Of a stretch of 64,000 nucleotides of DNA, positions 15,101 through 23,200 are shown piece by piece. The notes below the pieces were generated by a model, which saw only the letters and a list, made by a program, of their open reading frames with translations, was not told the DNA's origin and made no database searches. The position numbers and the translations under genes are program-made. The stretch lies in IMG/VR virus record IMGVR_UViG_3300021375_000013, positions 1 to 64,000 of that record. One strand, written 5' to 3'. Source of the DNA: a virus. Each line of letters starts with the position of its first letter. Within the stretch, counting starts at the first letter, position 1.

Positions 15101-16350
15101 GAAGTTTCGTACAAAATGAAACAATTGAATTTATCTCATCTTCTTGGAGTAATGTAAAATATAATGAAGATAAATGTAGAAGAGATACTGGATACATTAT
15201 AGATGCAGCAGTTACTGATTTAGTATATGGTGGTAATGAAAGAAGTATTAATGCAGGATTGTACTATTGGAGATATCCTTCAAGAGCAACAAATGCTGGA
15301 ACACCTTCAGAACAAAATCAATTAGACCCGACTGTTGATGGAATCAGATTCGCAAATGGAACTTCACAAAATGTAGTTCAGAATCTACCATATACAACTC
15401 CATCAGCTGATATTAAAAATGGTGTAAAATTATTAAGAGATAATACAACATTTATACAAAAAGAAACAATAGCTTATCTAAGTTCGTCTTGGAGTGAGTT
15501 TGAATACAATGAAGTTAGTTGTAGTAGAGATTTAGGATACATAATTGATGCTGTTGCTACCGATTTAACATATGGTGGTAATGAAAGAGCAGTTCAAGCG
15601 GGTACTTTCTACTACTATATTCCTTCAATAGCAACTACGGAGCAAAAACCACAAACAACTGATGGTATTGATTTCTCTAAAGGGTTGGCTGAGAAGATAA
15701 TCAAACAACAACAATTAGTATTCCCAGCATTCTTAAATAATAATGGGGCTACTGCTCTTAGAAACGCTAAGAAAGTATTACAAGGTAAAGCAATATCGTA
15801 CACAAACGCTGCTTTCCCTAACTTTATATACAATGAAGAAAAATGTTATAGAGATACTGGTTTCATTGTAGATGCTATCGTAACTGATATCATTTATGGT
15901 GGTAACGAAAGAAGTATCAGAGCAGCTGAATCTTACTACACTGGTGTGTATGGAAGTGCGGCTGTGGTTATAAACGAACAAAAGAAAGAAACGGCAGAAA
16001 CTAATAGATATCTAAGAACACAATTCCAATTTGTTGCTAGACAAGCACCGGTTGAAGAATTTGGTTCTTTGATTATTACAACTGGACATGATTTCTCTTA
16101 CGCAGGTGCTGGTGTAACTTATAAAGCATTACCTCCTAACCAAGGTGGTGATGGTATACCTGATCCTGATAAAGAAATTACTGAAATTGGTGGTGGTAGA
16201 GTATTCTTTACTTCTGGTAACGAACTTGGTGACTTTAGAATCGGTGGAGGTCTTGTTATTAAACAAGCATCTGGTACTTTAGAAGGTAGGACATTCTCTC
16301 GTTCACTATTCTCACTTGTAACACCATTCTCATTAGCACTGCAAGATTAA
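127..16350 (+). CDS. Giant (5407 aa) repeat-built virion structural/fibre protein with N-terminal beta-helix-like domain
   Basis: Uninterrupted ORF. N-terminal YVSSTSGDDNNDG..PLRTVKKA..VAAGTYLE motif is typical of pectin-lyase-like phage structural proteins. Contains 17 CxRD helical repeats, four beta cassettes and a zincin-like insert. Confidence 0.85.
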   Translation: MARLISRKQVEEIQDFIKDTSFAQGVSISGSLLVSQSFNLGSDPDEKSTITGSVELTGSLTIDGALNVVGDQALDLTSSVSLESLDSLKFGGIKPEDFGAMDATLYVSSTSGDDNNDGRTPQFPLRTVKKAAELATAGDDGRFGLPTGSLFTGFRIEVAAGTYLEQNPIELPKNTTVWGAGLRVTKIVAKNENEDLFWVNSGCYLSEMTFAGLRVFPSVDNSRSGFAIAFAPNSFITTSPYVQNCSMISNQENSFLEAYEAIPAGGGGLNVDGNIIHPDSPLASMVLDAYTQIAPNGVGCQVVGRGFIQLVSFFTNFSAYSVKVLQGGQAVLLNSNTSFGDFGMYASGSRFITGSGGNTEAFNIVRDNYTIIIDTIEDGLTSIPEFVPNTNAGVKVTDALQQFSSNKSSDKVAEQAKSEYRLVSNIVSSGISNIPSLLAKSATRGYNTGSVWNVSNGTQTTGSTSATSTELAIIDDRFDKVKRVLELGARATASYTLVDNIEGLVKVGNSNPYTGSDATSQIEVDTINRNFNTVLQIVEYGLNNEDYPLPALTSSNAANIKVTETPQYNTDISSSAEVANKVSSSFATVFRILELGSDYAPTIVQSSSFENPSIDYQNGYDTLIGNLSFIQNETIAYLSSSWSESDYNEETCKRDIGFIVNGAAHDLLYGGNEESVLNGNFYYLYPSEATASQKQETLDAIRYAGGLAENLVGDITYVEPSVNVENGYDLLVNNKSFIQNEVISYVSSSWRGFEYDEVKCKRDVGHVINAVATDLRYGGNERSRIAGEFYYLYPSTATTTQLLPTLDGIEWARDLSKKLVVKDTFVTASAIIQSTYDLIVENRSLIQEETVNFIDTQFPNLVYLRDKCKRDTGYIVDAVATDLYYGGNQKSVRAGLYYNEVPSKVNGDQLNETVDGISYAKSFIDKVVVNEIVESPEVINNTYARVRVGDVLQYVSSSISGSETERVKVSSSFGIVEDIIKQGEESLLSAIAGNTPNFKWTLDEPKLVSNTTLITSSISASSADVQSISSSFEIVTKIIESGSSINTDKTIGSASNGLPISQVGIPKDSYGDNLITTTIGTKLPNDIVAVSNVNSNIKFTNNAQYSSSISASNTIASEISESFRTVIDIVEYGISGSKEISGSANSSSYFEVITLPNDSTAFYINDDQLKYFDGREGWRLGGEDTGSFLGSKKDPTLTLVRNEMYTFSINDLGFEDTTIDEPFLIKTKPTAGTVYDVYESIGLVNNGITFGTITFTPLTDTPDTLYYVNPNNASASGVINIVDSLPLSSEQEFVYVPTRGEFEKVVNTKDNIKITTGSQYTSSLDASVSDRNIVSGGFSTIVGILKSGVDSFTPTAATYNPADGEFVMTVSQHGLDVGDRIYLKPESFVFTCDMDGNRTEHKLPSVGQPAYNKQLTITSITDDTITVNVGKSGPNINFNTTNATYDPATGDFVATVGNHTLSVGEGIVLSPESFAFTCDMDNDQSVKSYPRVGIDPFAVRSIPITSVTDTTLTFNVGASGPNKYFTPSSASYNALTGDMIVTVGQHGLGVGRSVVLEDESFAFTCDQDSDATTHSYPRPGSDPYAGKSIEIKSVGNTQHTPTNAPYDASTGIVTLTIAGHGFSNGDYVKVDDGALTYTCILDGNTVEKSYPRAGYDYPSGRWLEISNVTTDTFDINIGASSYKSTHTFVSATNGGIRRQTGTFTINVGDGGTASNSLHTFVSASANAVKHEPQSVHTYVSSSNGAIKHLPQSTHTFVRTSEDSVSTLPILTKNIEGLVKRSNATQFTSSLSGSENLISKLSSSFETVLDIIEFGTGSTPTTATYDPADGDFVMTIPNHKFRKADSIYLKPESFVFTCKMDDNKTEHKLPSVGQPAYNSKLRIKSVTDNTVTVNVGKSGPNLHFNPTNATYDPATGDFVITTGTHSLSVGEGIILDIESFAFTCDMDDDQSVKSYPRLGIDPYAGRSMIITDVTDTTMTVNVGVSGPNKYFTPSDVNYNALTGEMVLTVGQHGLGVSRSVVLENESIAFTCDQDGDSSVHSYPRSGSDPYAEQSIEIISVGTTSHTPTNAPYNPTTGIVTLTIANHGFSNNDYIKVDDGALTYTCVLDGNTTQKSYPRTGIDYPSGRWLQISNVTTDTFDINIGSSSYTGAHTFVSATTNGIKRQDGTFTINVGDAGSASDSIHTFVSASTNAVKHEPQSLHTFVSASREAVKHLPQSVHTFVRTIDDSVTVIPPKVENIEEAISVTTETQYVTSSISASAADISFISESFEIVTRIIEFGSGSYESSSLYGSEVTASSTVAAYNLLKSNIDFIKEETISYLSSSWSAADYNEASCSRDIAGIVSGAAEDLIHNVYSASIFNGKFYLEYPSQAQGSQLNQTLDGIRYASRVAQKVASNVTFSNPSQDRLDTQTIINNNKEFIKEEGIAFLSASWSDFDYPEETCKRDIVHILDASITDIVYGGNERTINAGVFYWKYPSEATGSQLFPTLDGIEYAGEVAQKVVSGAVFTPPTSDKVNAYNLVLENRDLIQNEVIEYVSSSWNAADYDDVKCKRDTGYIIDAAITDLLYGGNERSIIAGDFYYKYPSQAQGSQLDQTVDGIVHAQRLSDKVMSNTILVNPSVEREGLYQTIEQNRELVQAEVIAYISSSWVGFDYDEAKCSRDVGHILDAVSTDLRYGGNERSVIAGEYYYLYPSEATSVQKTQTIDGIVHAANLVQKLIQNVVLVQPSETKLSIWNTIRDNRSLIQKEVTEYIDYAYPFFTYNREKCRRDVGHILDGVATDFLWGGNQRSIKGGEFYYLFPSEATTVQKDETIDGIMYAKNLVRDIITQQTLLSPSKVSNTDGNIKVTSFEAVTSSIALSGSYQTEVSESYDIVTGIIKTGIESFTPKTATYDPANGDFVMTVPKHNLYSGDSIYLKPESFTFTCEMDGNRTEHKLPSVGQPAYDNRLTIKSTTSDTITVNVGKSGPNVEYNPTTASYDPATGEFVVTVASHSLSVGEGVVMKAESFAFTCDMDNDQSVKSYPRVGIDPYSVRSIPLTAVTDTTMTFNVGASGPNKYFTPVSASYNALSGDMTLTVTESFGLGVGRSVVLENESFAFTCDQDSDATIHSYPRSGSDPYAEQSIVITSVGTTSHSVTDAPYDSATGDVTITIVSHGFSNGDYIKLDDNSLTYTCVLDGNTTTKSYPRPNYDYPSGRWLEISNVTTNTFDINIGSSPYVGSHTFVSATTNGLERQNGTFTINVGNGGSASGSLHTFVSASNRAVKHEPQSVHTFVSASNGALKHLPQSAHTFIRTDRDSVSTLPVLTESIEGLIKINDTTQFTSSLSGSVVESAFVTRSVGFINDIIRLGTDDIPFALAKWYDDTLDTPQQLTTGSYTQIVGPTLDSEYNNGSIISLTGDGSNFFKKEVTVNGVRIVVAGDVGGQTAVPDTFTEKVARMFELFTDPSGSGINETFQRNLIKTLSGDSGTYHAGLPTIQRVARGAGSDYTPNFLDDAGILYWNLTNLFDTHVQNDMVWYLNSTGDISGSGDIDAQEVIEHIFHTLHMHGLPADDIKLYSYLASDWQTGDLYLAMEEAYDAGLWDSSGYGGNSWKTDSDAFEVAAKEYLYLLNFAMFEYTDLWENGSLSPEWDDSMRTQAGILANNPLGYAFHNTYISPTISKPSLATIRSIFQDGDLGDPTIAGESGYVVTPTGTYTTDTEFGIVSSSFGQIINIIENGVDTFTPTTATYDPSNGNFVVTIPNHTLDIGDEIYIRPESFTFTCTMDGNKTEHKLPSVGQPAYDNKLEITSKTDDTITVNVGASGPDVEWTPSNATYDPATGDFVITTGTHTLSVGEGIVLDTGSFAFTCDMDNNQSTKSYPRFGIDPYAGRSMKLTSVTSNTMTVNVGASGPNKYFTPVSASYNALSGDMTLTVSESFGLGIGRSVVLENESIAFTCDMDSNLTTHSYPRSGSDPYAEQSIVITSVGKTQHTPTDAPYNSATGDVIITIANHGFSNGDYIKISDNGLSYTCILDGNKVKKSYPRPGYDYPSGRWLPISNVTTNTFKINIGTSSYVGEHTFVSAEQNSIERQTGIFTINVGDAGSASGSLHTFVSASANAVKHEPQSAHTFVSASKGAVKHSPQAGHTFVRTENNSISVLPAVVNNTENNIKVTNTNQFTSSIIGSITEVNKVKSSIGIIEDILQNGTSVKPNVVKNNSDKNNLIKVTDAVQITSESFGDRLQQRLISSSIAIVTTIVENGTGSLPTVVEYGTPSDSPKTLAAYNLLKDNIEFIQSESIAYLSSSWSTASYNETSCSRDIGAIISGAAEDMLYNANSSSIFNGKFYYDFPSKAQGAQLQQTLDGINYAGRLAESIVRGYTFQTASAVVSGSYELIRNNREFIENETIEFLSSSWDGFTYNEITCKRDITHIIDAVSTDLLYGGNERSVNAGDYYYRFPSAAITGGVPNEDRQKDPTVTAIDYVQNIVTEIVSGAVFQTASNEVEFVYDTIRENRAFLQAETVAFVNAKYPNFDYNEASCSRDTGFIIDAVATDLRYGGNQRALTAGEFYYRFPSEATGNQLDETTDALIYTKDLIEKLVNKETLFIPTGSLNTDNGIKVTSFSPATGSSITDVTILNTISSSFSIVSDAIANGTGSTPTSSNYGAVSTDSDILTTYGLITESVPFIQNEVVAYISSSWVGFDYNEASCSRDVGFIVNGVAEDLRYGIVSASSVNARYYYQFPSEANGTGSQAQQTIDGINYAAQLTEQIVKGVTFDFPSTQISASVELIRNNREFIQSESISYLSSSWEGFDYVEATCMRDVGHILDAVSTDLLYGGNQRSKIAGEYYYKYPSSATSTQLEPTTTGIKYAGDVASKLVQNEIFVTASAERLAGNKVLLDNKEFIQNEVIAYISSSWSTFDYNEDKCKRDTGYILNGVATDFLYGGNERSRVNGEYYYLYPSDATVNFQTNPNGQLNQTIDGINYSARLAEKVLENTTFVTASTEVSASAELLRNNRSFVQNETIEFISSSWSNVKYNEDKCRRDTGYIIDAAVTDLVYGGNERSINAGLYYWRYPSRATNAGTPSEQNQLDPTVDGIRFANGTSQNVVQNLPYTTPSADIKNGVKLLRDNTTFIQKETIAYLSSSWSEFEYNEVSCSRDLGYIIDAVATDLTYGGNERAVQAGTFYYYIPSIATTEQKPQTTDGIDFSKGLAEKIIKQQQLVFPAFLNNNGATALRNAKKVLQGKAISYTNAAFPNFIYNEEKCYRDTGFIVDAIVTDIIYGGNERSIRAAESYYTGVYGSAAVVINEQKKETAETNRYLRTQFQFVARQAPVEEFGSLIITTGHDFSYAGAGVTYKALPPNQGGDGIPDPDKEITEIGGGRVFFTSGNELGDFRIGGGLVIKQASGTLEGRTFSRSLFSLVTPFSLALQD
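1975..16035 (+). repeat. 17 copies of a ~100-aa helical repeat (N..FIQ.E...Y.SSSW..F.YNE.KC.RD.G.I.DAV.TDL.YGGN.RS...G..YY.YPS.A....T.DGI.YA) in four clusters (~1975-2910, ~7025-8610, ~12895-13855, ~14075-16035)
   Basis: CxRD motifs counted in the translated ORF: 3+5+3+6. Confidence 0.9.
4180..12525 (+). repeat. Four ~1240-nt (~410 aa) beta-rich cassettes (~4180-5420, ~5575-6815, ~8780-10025, ~11285-12525)
   Basis: Each has four related units (TYDPATG..H....G....L..ESF.FTC..D......YPR...DP) followed by four HT(F/Y)V(S/R) segments; nucleotide identity between copies is high. Confidence 0.9.
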
Positions 16351-16368
16351 GGATAAAAAAATAAACAA

Positions 16369-16377
16369 ATATTTATA
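16369..16377 (+). promoter_or_regulatory. Putative late promoter motif ATATTTATA
   Basis: Recurs in intergenic gaps before structural genes; ends 6 nt before the ATG at 16384. Confidence 0.55.
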
Positions 16378-16383
16378 TAGGAT

Positions 16384-17244
16384 ATGGCAGAAGAATTAAT
16401 ACCACTAAATGCATTTAAATCCGTACTTACCACTTTAACAGGTGATAATGATGTAGTTTATTCAGCTCCTAAAGGAGTTTCAACTATTTTATTATCAGCT
16501 CAGATAACAAATACGGGTAATACAAACGAACCCGTTACTATTAGTATGACTAGTAACAGAGAGTTACCAGTACCACAAGTAGATTCAATTAGTAATGCTG
16601 GAAACTTTATAAGCGCATCGGCACTTATAGCAAAAAACCAAACTTTTATTGAAAAAGAATCTGCTGCTTATATTAATTTTCAAAATAACTTACAACAAAT
16701 TCCGTTTAGTTTTACATCTTCCTTTTTTGAAGGGTATGTAAGAACTGCGGTAGATGGGGTTGAAGCAGATTTAATAGCAGGGGGAACATTACAATCTAAA
16801 AAAGCCGCTCTTTCTTTTTACAATAAGAATGGAGAAAGCTTAATTATTAGTGATTATTACACTTCATCATATCAATCAATAGATTACGCCAGTAAATTAG
16901 TAGAACAAATACTTATTAATGAATCTGTAACAGGTTCAACTGATGTAGCTAGATTATATCAAGACACGGTAACGCAATCCATAGATAATACTCTTTTAGC
17001 AGAGACAGGTTCAATATCAGCATCGATTGATTTATTCAATGCTATATCTGAAACCATATCAAATCCAACAAGAGTTGAACAAGCACCAGTTGATTTAATT
17101 ACGAATGTAACTATACCAGCTGGAGATTCATTATCGCCGATTGTAGCAGGTAAATTAGTATTAGAACAACAATTTTCATTAATTGTATCAGGTTCTACAA
17201 ATTTAACTGTAATATTATCGATTCTTGAAAGTGCAAACGAATAA
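16384..17244 (+). CDS. Virion adaptor-type protein (paralogue of 30234-30566) with an inserted helical repeat
   Basis: N-term NAFKS..VYSAP..STILLSAQITN and C-term IPAGDSL...KLVLE....V....LTVILSILE match the 110-aa protein; the middle resembles a Cys-less CxRD repeat. Confidence 0.75.
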   Translation: MAEELIPLNAFKSVLTTLTGDNDVVYSAPKGVSTILLSAQITNTGNTNEPVTISMTSNRELPVPQVDSISNAGNFISASALIAKNQTFIEKESAAYINFQNNLQQIPFSFTSSFFEGYVRTAVDGVEADLIAGGTLQSKKAALSFYNKNGESLIISDYYTSSYQSIDYASKLVEQILINESVTGSTDVARLYQDTVTQSIDNTLLAETGSISASIDLFNAISETISNPTRVEQAPVDLITNVTIPAGDSLSPIVAGKLVLEQQFSLIVSGSTNLTVILSILESANE

Positions 17245-17267
17245 TTATATACTAAGACTAATAATAA

Positions 17268-20200
17268 ATGAGCCAATTATTAAGCGGAAAGGTTAAAGTA
17301 GTAAGACCATCCGATGTTTCGGAGGATAGGTACGAATATCTACGATTAAATGAAGCAGAACCAAACTTAGGTGTTCCTGAGAGTGGTTCACTTTCATCTG
17401 GCTCTATTGCGTTAGTTGCTTCCGATGCTGAGGGTAATCGTTTATTTGTTACAACACTTCAATTAGAGCAAGTTACTGGTTCATTTAGTGGTTCATTTGC
17501 TGGAGATGGTTCTCAATTAAATAACCTTCCAGAAGCTGTAAGATTAATAAGTGGTTCTGCATCCGCATCAATCGCTCCAAATATTGGATTCTTAGTAAAC
17601 GTATCATCATCATTTGATGGAGATGTGGATGTTACTGGTGATGTTAGGGTTAGTGGTGATTTAATTGTTGATAATAGAATAGTAGCAAGAGAATTAATTG
17701 TTGAAATTATTTCATCTTCTATTATATTCTCATCTGGCTCAAATAGATTTGGTGAACTATCAACGGATAAGCAAGAATTTACAGGTTCAGTTGAAGTAAC
17801 TGGTTCATTAGATGTATTTGGAGATACTACTATAAGTGGTTCTACATTTGTTAGTGGGAATGTACAACTAACTTCAGGTTCAGCATTTAGTGGTAGTGGT
17901 GAAAACTTATTTAATATCCCAAAATCAGCACTTACTGATGATGCATTACTTTCAAACTTAATAACAACAGGTTCAGTAACCGCATCTGTATCACCTGATG
18001 GTGTATTTAAAGTATTCGGAACAGGTTCAGTAACAACTGAGTTAAGTGGTTCTTTATTTGTAAGTGGAAATGTACAATTAATATCAGGTTCTGCCTTTAG
18101 TGGTAGTGGTGAAAACTTATTTAATATCCCAAAATCGGCATTAACCGATGATGCATTACTTTCAAACTTAATAACAACGGGTTCAGTAACAGCTTCAGTT
18201 TCCCAAGATGGATTTTTTAGAGTATTTGGAACTGGTTCGGTAACAACTGAATTAAGTGGTTCACTTTTAGTTAGTGGGAATGTTAATCTTAATAGTGGTT
18301 CATCATTTAGTGGTAGCGGTGAAAATTTATTTAATATTCCTCGTTCAGCACTTACTGAAGATGCATTAGAAACGAATTTAATTATTAGTGGAGCAGTAAC
18401 TGCTTCCGTATCACCTGATACTGGGTTTGTGGTAAACTCTTTAGATAGTGGTTCAACATTTACTGGTTCAGTATTCCTAAGTAGTGGTTCATTCTTTAGT
18501 GGTAGTGGTGAGAATTTATTTAATATTCCTTTATCAGCATTAGCAGAAGAGGTTGAAGTATCAACTAAAATACAATCTGGTAATGTAACTGCATCTGTTT
18601 CAGATGAAGATGGATTTGTTGTAAAATCTGAAGCTAGTGGTTCTACATTTACTGGTAGTTTAAGATTAAGTACTGGTGGTATCTTTAGTGGTAGCGGTGC
18701 AGAGTTATTTGATATACCTCGTTCAGCACTTACCGAAGATGCACTTATTACTAATAATATTAGAAGTGGTTCAGTAACTGCTTCTGTATCTCCAAACTTT
18801 GGATTTGTTGTAGAATCAGAACAAAGTGGTTCTACCTTTAGTGGTTCATTGTTTATAAGTGGTGGAATTGAAATTAATAGTGGTTCATCGTTCTCTGGTA
18901 GTGGTGAGAATTTATTTAATATACCAAGAACTGCATTAACAGATGATGCACTTATTTCAAACTTAATATCAACTGGTTCAGTAACCGCATCAGTTTCAAC
19001 TGATGGTTTCTTTAGAGTACAATCAACAGGTTCAGTAACAACTGAATTAAGTGGTTCGGTATTTGTTAGTGGAGCAGTTCAATTAAATAGTGGTTCAAAA
19101 TATAGTGGTAGTGGTGAAGATTTATTCGATATACCATTCTCAGCACTTTCAAATGATGCACAAGAAGCAATTGAAGCTTTAGTAACAAGAGAAGCAGTAT
19201 TTATCGCAAGTGGTTCTATAACCGCATCAACAGAAAATAATCAATTTAAAGTAACTTCTGAGGAAAGTGGTTCTTTATTTTTAGGTACAATAGAAATACC
19301 AACATCAAGCGGATTTTTTAGTGGTAGTGGTGAAGGTTTAAGTAACATTCCTCGTTCAGCATTAGTTGAAGATGCATTATTATCGAATTTAATTACAACT
19401 GGTTCAGTAAGTGCATCGGTTTCAACTGCTGGTATATTTAAAGTATTTGGAACAGGTTCAGTAAAATCTGAATTTAGTGGTAGTGTTTCTATATCAGAAT
19501 CATTAGATGTTCCAAAAATCATAGCTGATGAATTCACTGGTTCGTTTAGTGGTTCTTTTGCTGGAGATGGTTCACAACTCAATAATATTCCCCAATCAGC
19601 ACTTTCCGAAGATGCTTCTCAAATATCAAGTGGTTCGGCAACTGCATCAATTTCACCCAACTTAGGATTTGTAGTGAATACTTCATCTTCTATTGAAGGT
19701 GATTTATCAGTTAGCGGTAGAATTACTGCTGAAGAGATTTTTGTAAACTTTATTTCATCATCCATAATTTATTCTTCTGGCTCAAACATATTTGGTGATG
19801 ATTCAAATACTGATACACAAAAGTTATTTGGTGAAACTCAAATATTGGGTAATGTAACGGCAAGTGGATTAATATCATCCAGTGGATTCGTTGGTGATGG
19901 TTCGGAATTGTTTAATATTCCACAATCAGCATTATCAGATAATTCACCATTAATAGCTAGTGGAGCTGTAACTGCATCTACTGAAAATGATATATTTAGA
20001 GTAATATCTGCTGGTAGTGGTTCTATATTTACTGGTTCAGTTGAAATTAGTGGAAGTGTAACACTTACATCTGGTTCATTCTTTAGTGGTAGTGGTGAGA
20101 ATTTATTTAATATCCCACAATCAGCACTTTCGGAAGATTCTCCAAGAATCTCAAGCGGTTCAGTTAGTGCTTCTATTTCTCCAAACTTAGGATTGATTGT

Positions 20201-23200
20201 AAATACATCTGCATCAATCGATGGAGATGTTGATGTAACTGGAACTGTATCTGCATCTATCTTTAGTGGTAGTGGTGAATCATTATTTAATATTCCATTA
20301 TCAGCAATTACTGAAGAAGCATTTAGAATTGTTAGTGGTTCAGTAACTGCGTCTGTTGACCCTAATAGAGGATTTGAAGTAAATTCAACTGGTAGGTTTG
20401 ATGGTGGTGTAACTACAAGTGGTAGTTTAATAGTATCGGCATCAACTTCTTGGGGACCTGATAATTTAGAAAAAATTGTAAAAGTTATTGGAACTGATGA
20501 TGGTAACAAATATGAAATAGATGGAAAGAGACAACCATTACTTTATTTAGTAAGTGGTAGTACATACACATTCAATCAATCAGATTCTACAAACGCTACA
20601 CACGAAATAAGATTTTCAACAACTGATAATGGTACACACGCTGGTGGTGTTCCATTTACTGGTAGTGTAGATACTGGTAGTATAGATGCTGGTACAAATG
20701 GTTCACAAGTTACAATAGCAATAAACTTTGATACTCCTAATACACTATACTATTATTGTTTGAATCATTCTGGTATGGGTGGGGAAATCAGAAAAGTACT
20801 TAGTTATCCGATTAGTGAAACCATAATAAATGATACAGTTATTGTAACTGGTTCAATTTTTACAAGTGGTTCAATCACAACAACTGGTGATATTGATACA
20901 AATATTGTTAGGGGTACTCAATTTAGTGGTTCATTTAGTGGTAGTGGTAGAGATTTATTTGATATACCTCTTTCAGCATTAGCAGAAGATGTAGAGGAAT
21001 TATCATTTATAGCAAGTGGTAGTGTAACCGCATCAACAGATCCTGAATTTGGATTTAAAGTAAATACAACATCTTCTATTGAAGGTGATTTAAATGTAAC
21101 AGGTGGATTATATGTATCTACTTCATTAACTCAATTAGAAACTCTTCCGGTTACTCAATCAGTAACTATTGGAGAGAATGGATTTACAATAAATGGTAAT
21201 TTAAAACAACCATTAAAATTCTTAAATGGTGTTACATATCATTTTGATATATCCGATTCTTCTAATTTAAATAATACAATAAAACTATCTCAAACAATAG
21301 ATGGTTCACATAATGCTGGTGCTGAATATACAACTGGTGTAACAACAAGTGGAACTGCTGGTAATAGTGGTGCATTTGTAAAATTACAAGTTACTAATAG
21401 TACACCAAAACGATTATACTATTATTCAATTCCATCAGCATCTTATGGTTCTTCTATAAAAATATTAGAAGAAGTTCCAACAATTTCACAAAATATTATA
21501 AATGGTAATACTGAAATAACTGGAACATTAGATGTAAGTAGTATTTCATCTGCAGAAAAAATATCATCACCATTTATAACATCATCTTATTTAACTTCAT
21601 CGGTTATAGATTTTGTTACTGGTGAAAACACATTCCCAACTCAACCAGGTAGATTAAAGTGGAATGAAACTGATGGTACTTTAGATTTGGGAATGAGTGG
21701 GGGTTCTGCTTCATTACAAATCGGACAAGAATTATATTATCCAAAAGTAGTAAACAAAGCTGGTGAAAATCTAATCAATGGTACATTGGTAATGGTTGAC
21801 CCAAACAATCCAGCACAAGGTAACCGAATTAGAGTTATTAAATCTATCTCAGATGGTACTTATGATTCTGATTTATTAATTGGTGTACTAACCGAAAATA
21901 TAGATAATAATCAAGAAGGATTTGCTACTTGGTTTGGTATGGTTAGGGATGTAAAAGTAAACTTATTAGAAGATGCTGGGTTAAAATATACTGGTTCAAC
22001 TTGGAGTGAGGGAGATATGTTATACCCAGACCCACAAAGGGCTGGTGGTATGACAAATGTACAACCAGAAGCACCTAATTTAAAATCAACAATAGCACTT
22101 GTTGAGAGAGTAAATGGTAATAAGGTACAGCTTTTAGTAAGACCACAATTAGGTAATCACTTAGAAGATTTACATGATGTACAGATAGTATCGGCATCTA
22201 ATAATGATATTATAGTATTTTCATCATCATCAAATAGATTTGAAAATAGAAGTGATAACTTAGTACTAAGTGGTTCGTTTAGTGGTTCATATAGTGGTTT
22301 CTATCAGGGTATATTTAGTGGAGATGGTTCACAACTTCAAAATGTAGAAGCAGCAGCTGCACCTCTTATCTCAAGTGGTTCTGCTACGGCATCGGTTGCA
22401 AGTGGTGATACATTTGTAGTAACTGCTCCTGATAGTGGTTCGGTATTTACTGGTTCAATTGTAACATCTGGTTCAATAACTGTTGGTGGTGGGGGAATAT
22501 TTAGTGGTGATGGTAGTGGTTTAACAAACATTGATATTGCTAATTTATCACTAAACGTAACTCAGTTATCAAGTGGTTCAGCAACTGCATCATTAGAATT
22601 TAACGAATTTAAAGTATTTGACAAAGGTATTACTGCGAGTGTAGATTCATCATTTAGTGGTTCAGTAAATATTTCAGAATCATTAGATGTGGGTGGTATT
22701 ATTAGTGGTGATGGTAGTGGAATTACAAATATTGATATTGCTAATTTAGCAATTGATTCATCAAAAATATTTACAGGTTCGGTAACTGCATCGGTTGATC
22801 CTGATGGATTCTTTAGAGTTGAAAACTTAGATTCTAATATAAATTCAGGTTCAGTAAAAGTAGAGATTAGTGGTTCATTAGAGGTTTCTCAATCAATAAC
22901 AGCATCTCTATATCGTGGTGATGGTGGGGGATTATTTAATATTCCATTAGATGCGATTGAAGATTTAGAATTAGATAGAATAGTATCTGGTTCAGCAACT
23001 GCATCAATTTCACCAAATAAAGGTTTGGTTGTAAACAATCAAATTAGTGGTACATTATTCGTTGGAGATGGTGGAGGGTTATTTAACATACCAGCTGAAG
23101 CATTAGAAGATTTATCATTACCTCTTATTATTAGTGGTGGTGTAAGTGCATCGGTTGAACCAAATAGAGGATTTGAAGTATATTCACCTGAATTTGGTTC

